Assembly (NCBI GenBank): GCA_036262875.1
Contig: DATAIE010000690.1
Span: 1 to 25,744, forward strand
Length of the DNA stretch: 25,744 nt
Reading direction: 5' to 3'
DNA from: Verrucomicrobiales bacterium
GTDB taxonomy: Bacteria; Verrucomicrobiota; Verrucomicrobiia; Verrucomicrobiales; V1-33
Numbering within the stretch: position 1 is the stretch's first letter; each line of letters opens with the position of its first letter. Below are positions 23,874 to 25,744 of this stretch, in pieces. The notes under the pieces were generated by a model, which did not search any database, had not been told where the DNA came from, and was given only the letters and a program-made list of their open reading frames with translations. Made by a program: the position numbers and the translations under genes.

Positions 23874-23924
23874 GGTTCCAATCATGGCAGCGGCACGGCG
23901 GGTCTGCATGCGAAATCGAAACCG

Positions 23925-24122
23925 CGTGCCCTTTTGCACGATCACTCCATGCAGTCCGCAAGGAGCAGGAGGGAGCCAGCCCTGTTTCCCGGTAAGACCC
24001 GCTTCATTCGGGTGGCATGCCTGCTGCAACACTTAAAGCCGAATCGAACATCGAACGGTAATTCAGACGATGACGATTCGAGCACCGGCCCGCACCGAAA
24101 GGCGCGAGCCGGACTTTTTTTT
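23925..24122 (+). ncRNA. Candidate structured non-coding RNA, family not identified and strand uncertain
   Basis: Five hairpins in about 200 nt of intergenic DNA, two with GNRA tetraloops on the + strand, ending in a T8 run. Confidence 0.3.
24085..24122. terminator. Terminator-like hairpin
   Basis: CCGGC-C-CGC-A-CC-GAAA-GG-C-GCG-A-GCCGG then AC and T8 on the + strand. On the minus strand the two mismatches become G-U pairs, giving a 12-bp stem starting 19 nt after the SPFH stop. Confidence 0.65.
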
Positions 24123-24131
24123 GCCCTGTTC

Positions 24132-25169
24132 CTATTCCTTTGGACTCAAGGGCGCCGGGGTATTGCGGTCGAAGAGGTTCTTCATGCTGCCGAGAGCGCC
24201 CAGGACGCCAGTGGCCTCGAAGGGAACATAAACGACCTTGTTGTCCTTGCCGCTCGTCATTTCCTTGAGCGTCTCAAGATAGCGGGCGGCAATAAGATAG
24301 GCGGCTGCATCGGTCTCCGTCCCCGCAAGACCATCTCGAACAGAGCGGATCGCCTGGGCCTGCGCGAGGGCGATGCGCTCCATGGCCTGCGCGTCACCTT
24401 CGGCGCGGAGAATGGCGGATTGTTTCGCACCCTCGGCAGTGGTAATGGCGGCCTGGCGAATCCCCTCGGCTTCAAGCACCGCGGCCCCTTTGGAACCTTC
24501 CGCGGCGAGGATTTGGGCGCGGCGGTCGCGTTCGGCGCGCATTTGTTTTTCCATCGCCTGCTGCACATCCGCCGGCGGGGTGATGTCCTGAAGTTCCACG
24601 CGATTCACCTTCACACCCCACTTGTGAGTGGCGTCGTCGAGGATGAGTCCGAGCTTCTTGTTCACCGTATCCCGACTGACAAGACACTGGTCAAAGTCAA
24701 GTTCACCGATGACATTTCGAAGCGTGGTCTGCGTAAGCTTTTCGATCGCATCGGGGAGATTGCTGATCTCGTAGACGGACTTCATGGGGTCCGTGATCTG
24801 GAAATAAACGAGGGCGTTAATGAGAATCTGGACGTTGTCCTTCGTGATGACGTTTTGACGCGGGAAATCGTAGACCGTCTCGCGCAGGTCGATGCGGGCA
24901 CTGCTGCGGGTGATAAAGACGACGCGCCCGTTGGGACCGTTTTCCGTATAGCGCCAATGGATGGCGCGGGGACGGTCAATGATCGGCCAGATGATATTGA
25001 TACCGCTGTTGAGCGTGCGGTGGTAGCGCCCCAGCCGCTCGATAACGATAGTTTCCGAGTGCCTCACAATCTTCAGCCCCAGCAGTGCGAAGACGAGGAT
25101 GGTGGCGATGAGCAGGATCAGGATGATCTGCACGGGAACGTCGGCGAAGAACAGGTAAGCAAGGCTCAT
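24132..25169 (-). CDS. SPFH/band 7 (stomatin/QmcA-like) membrane protein
   Basis: N-terminal TM, VIERLGRY, IDLRETVYDFPRQNVITKDNV, LTQTTLRNVIG, WGVKVNRVELQDITPP, MEKQMRAER and Ala/Glu coiled coil. Confidence 0.93.
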   Translation of the reverse strand: MSLAYLFFADVPVQIILILLIATILVFALLGLKIVRHSETIVIERLGRYHRTLNSGINIIWPIIDRPRAIHWRYTENGPNGRVVFITRSSARIDLRETVYDFPRQNVITKDNVQILINALVYFQITDPMKSVYEISNLPDAIEKLTQTTLRNVIGELDFDQCLVSRDTVNKKLGLILDDATHKWGVKVNRVELQDITPPADVQQAMEKQMRAERDRRAQILAAEGSKGAAVLEAEGIRQAAITTAEGAKQSAILRAEGDAQAMERIALAQAQAIRSVRDGLAGTETDAAAYLIAARYLETLKEMTSGKDNKVVYVPFEATGVLGALGSMKNLFDRNTPAPLSPKE

Positions 25170-25316
25170 AGCGTGACCGGTTGGATTTTCGAAAACGGCA
25201 GGAAGACTGCGATCCTGTAAAGCGATCCCGCACTGCTGTCATTTATCAAATGCAGGGAAGATTGTAGCCGCTGCGGGCGGTTGCATTTCCTCCGCGGTGC
25301 CGTCCCGGTGGGCGGC

Positions 25317-25744
25317 ATGGCTTCGCTGTCCGACTCCCTTCTCGCCGCCGCCGATGAACTCCGCACCGTCCTGCGTCCGCTCACATTTGCGGAGCCGGTA
25401 ACGCATGTCTACAACCCTCTGGAATACGCGTGGCGGGCGCACTCGTCCTATGCGGGGAAGTTCGGGACCACCCCCAAGCGGGTGCTCTTTCTGGGAATGA
25501 ATCCTGGCCCCTTCGGGATGGCGCAGACAGGAGTGCCTTTTGGCGAGATCCCGGCGGTGCGCGACTGGATGGGGATTTCCGAACCGGTGGACCGGCCCGC
25601 GAAAGAACACCCGAAGCGCCCGGTGCAGGGATTTGCCTGCACGCGCTCGGAAGTGAGCGGTCGCCGCCTCTGGGGCTGGGCGAGGGACACCTTTGGCAGC
25701 GCGGAGGACTTTTTTAAAGAACACTATGTAGTGAACTACTGCCC
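25317..25744 (+). CDS. smug1: SMUG1-family uracil-DNA glycosylase; 3'-truncated by the window
   Basis: Hand translation from ATG 25317: MASLSDSLL...HVYNPLEYAW...VLFLGMNPGPFGMAQTGVPFG...RSEVSGRRLW...VNYCP. No stop before the window end, so it is absent from the ORF track. Confidence 0.93.
   Translation, partial: MASLSDSLLAAADELRTVLRPLTFAEPVTHVYNPLEYAWRAHSSYAGKFGTTPKRVLFLGMNPGPFGMAQTGVPFGEIPAVRDWMGISEPVDRPAKEHPKRPVQGFACTRSEVSGRRLWGWARDTFGSAEDFFKEHYVVNYC

Noticed and set aside
23950-23970. CAGTCC-GCAA-GGAGCAG resembling SRP RNA domain IV
   Set aside because: It lacks the exact CAGG/AGCA symmetric loop around a 3-bp stem, and I could not build the long SRP helix.
24041-24049. GTTCGATTC on the minus strand resembling a tRNA/tmRNA T-loop
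   Set aside because: The flanks do not form a T-stem, and no acceptor stem, D arm or CCA end is present.
23960-24080. 6S RNA-like or SAM-I-like fragments (GAGCCAGCCCTG, GCATGC, CTTAAA; GAGGGA..GCCC..GGT)
   Set aside because: I could not fold a 6S rod with closing stem and central bubble on either strand, and the SAM-I kink-turn and P1 elements are missing. Kept only as an unclassified RNA candidate.
24105-24122. AAAGTCCGGCTC on the minus strand resembling RNase P GAGGAAAGTCC
   Set aside because: The upstream bases are a poly-A run rather than GAGG, the available space is too short and other RNase P conserved regions are absent.
51-25220. Many long alternative-frame ORFs (e.g. 51-1127 +, 1025-2371 -, 2975-3808 +, 15711-16595 +, 16686-17864 +, 19406-20986 -, 19743-20798 +, 21312-22298 +, 23754-25220 +)
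   Set aside because: They overlap well-supported genes, have R/G/P/A-biased or mirror-image composition typical of GC-rich shadow frames, and show no family motifs.
1-25744. Mobile element or defence island
   Set aside because: No transposase, integrase, phage gene, att/tRNA site or clustered defence genes; the single Mrr-like gene sits among housekeeping and envelope genes.

Overview
High-GC chromosomal window, most likely from a Verrucomicrobiota (PVC) bacterium. This is inferred from a PEP-CTERM protein, an SHD1-domain protein, a planctomycete-type cytochrome c domain, W-x3-D-x2-A-A-x2-W helical-repeat proteins and mostly Shine-Dalgarno-less start regions. I can support about 25 CDSs: two tandem helical-repeat proteins, a conserved hypothetical, an SHD1 plus peptidase-like exported protein, an exported beta-rich protein, type II NADH dehydrogenase, a membrane-anchored Mrr-like protein, a modB-modC-hesA/moeB-TPR sulfotransferase cluster, a PEP-CTERM protein, a stand-alone SecDF-head-like protein, an M23 lipoprotein, a 39-aa membrane ORF absent from the ORF track, a monoheme cytochrome c, a class B PBP, Dabb, dienelactone hydrolase, a DUF6600-like repeat lipoprotein, BCP peroxiredoxin, two small membrane proteins, an SPFH protein and a 3'-truncated SMUG1 glycosylase. 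I found no transposase, integrase, CRISPR array, tRNA or rRNA. The most interesting signals are: a roughly 180-200 nt multi-hairpin intergenic RNA candidate (23925-24122); REP-like hairpins with an invariant GGA loop and different but fully complementary stems; a modBC-hesA-sulfotransferase unit with no modA or nif genes in view; and several apparent pseudo-enzymes or unusually tethered enzymes. All domain names come from recalled motifs, not database searches.
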